Below the pieces are notes generated by a model, which made no database searches, had not been told where the DNA came from, and saw only the letters and a list, made by a program, of their open reading frames with translations. 64,000 nt of DNA from an uncultured Chloroflexia bacterium (GTDB lineage: Bacteria; Chloroflexota; Limnocylindria; Limnocylindrales; CSP1-4), in contig CAWEKG010000002.1 in NCBI GenBank assembly GCA_963809595.1, positions 800,391 to 864,390 of the forward strand, given 5' to 3'. This document shows positions 63,638 through 64,000 of the stretch, piece by piece; within the stretch, counting starts at the first letter, position 1; the number at the start of each line of letters is the position of its first letter. Position numbers and translations under genes: made by a program.

Positions 63638-64000
63638 ATGCGACTGCTCCGCGACCTCGGACGACGAAAGGTCCGAACGACGCTGACGATCCTGGGGATC
63701 ACCATCGGCATCTGGGCCCTGGTCGTCTTCGGCTCGATGGCCAACAAGATCGACGCCCTGGTGGCCGGCGGGAGCGACTTCTACCAGGGCAAGGTGACCG
63801 TCTCGGCGTCGGCTGGGTCGATGGCCCTCGGCAGCCCGATGGCGCTCTCGACGGCCGATCGGGTCGCCGCGCCTCGGCAGCGTCGACGTCGTCGTCCCGG
63901 GCGTCTCGATGCTCATGTCCGACGAGATGAGCGGCGTCTCGATGGGCGTGCCCCAGATGATCATCGGCCAGGTCGCCGGCGCGGACCATGGTCGGGAGAC
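63638..64000 (+). CDS. MacB/FtsX-type ABC permease, 3'-truncated (frameshift near 63870)
   Basis: RRKVRTTLTILGITIGIWALV; periplasmic part continues in an adjacent frame (VDVVVPGVSML). Confidence 0.75.
   Translation, partial: MRLLRDLGRRKVRTTLTILGITIGIWALVVFGSMANKIDALVAGGSDFYQGKVTVSASAGSMALGSPMALSTADRVAAPRQRRRRRPGRLDAHVRRDERRLDGRAPDDHRPGRRRGPWSGD

Overview
Very GC-rich bacterial chromosome segment. Protein style, the sortase and the many Ser/Pro/Ala-linked lipoproteins suggest Chloroflexota (Limnocylindria/Ellin6529-like); this is inference, not tested. It is mostly housekeeping: a branched-chain 2-oxoacid dehydrogenase cluster (lpdA, E1a, E1b, E2) with lipA, a polar amino-acid ABC transporter, add, plsY, a patD/maltokinase-like/mutY/nnrE/glpD/glpK gene string, glnS bracketed by two different tRNA-Gln(CTG) genes, nifJ-type PFOR with a DHOD-like partner, a B12 radical SAM enzyme and a single-chain UvrD/PD-(D/E)XK helicase-nuclease. 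An accessory zone runs from about 36.1 to 43.9 kb. It holds a 1.1-kb integrase-less islet bounded by a perfect 50-bp tRNA-Gln 3' duplication, then a three-gene protease cassette with no visible signal peptides: a Spi/I69-like pro-domain protein, a bare papain/streptopain-like catalytic domain, and a subtilase with Glu at the catalytic Asp position. That cassette is the best candidate for an undescribed system. Other patterns: at least 8 genes with a TANNNT box 6-7 nt before the start codon (leaderless), two MITE/REPIN-like inverted-repeat elements, a Phd/RelE-type TA module with a readable operator, a TetR operator pair and an orphan VapB-like remnant. At least seven genes carry single-base frameshifts that look like long-read indel errors, so gene splits and fusions need read-level confirmation. 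No CRISPR array, rRNA or intact transposase/integrase was seen.
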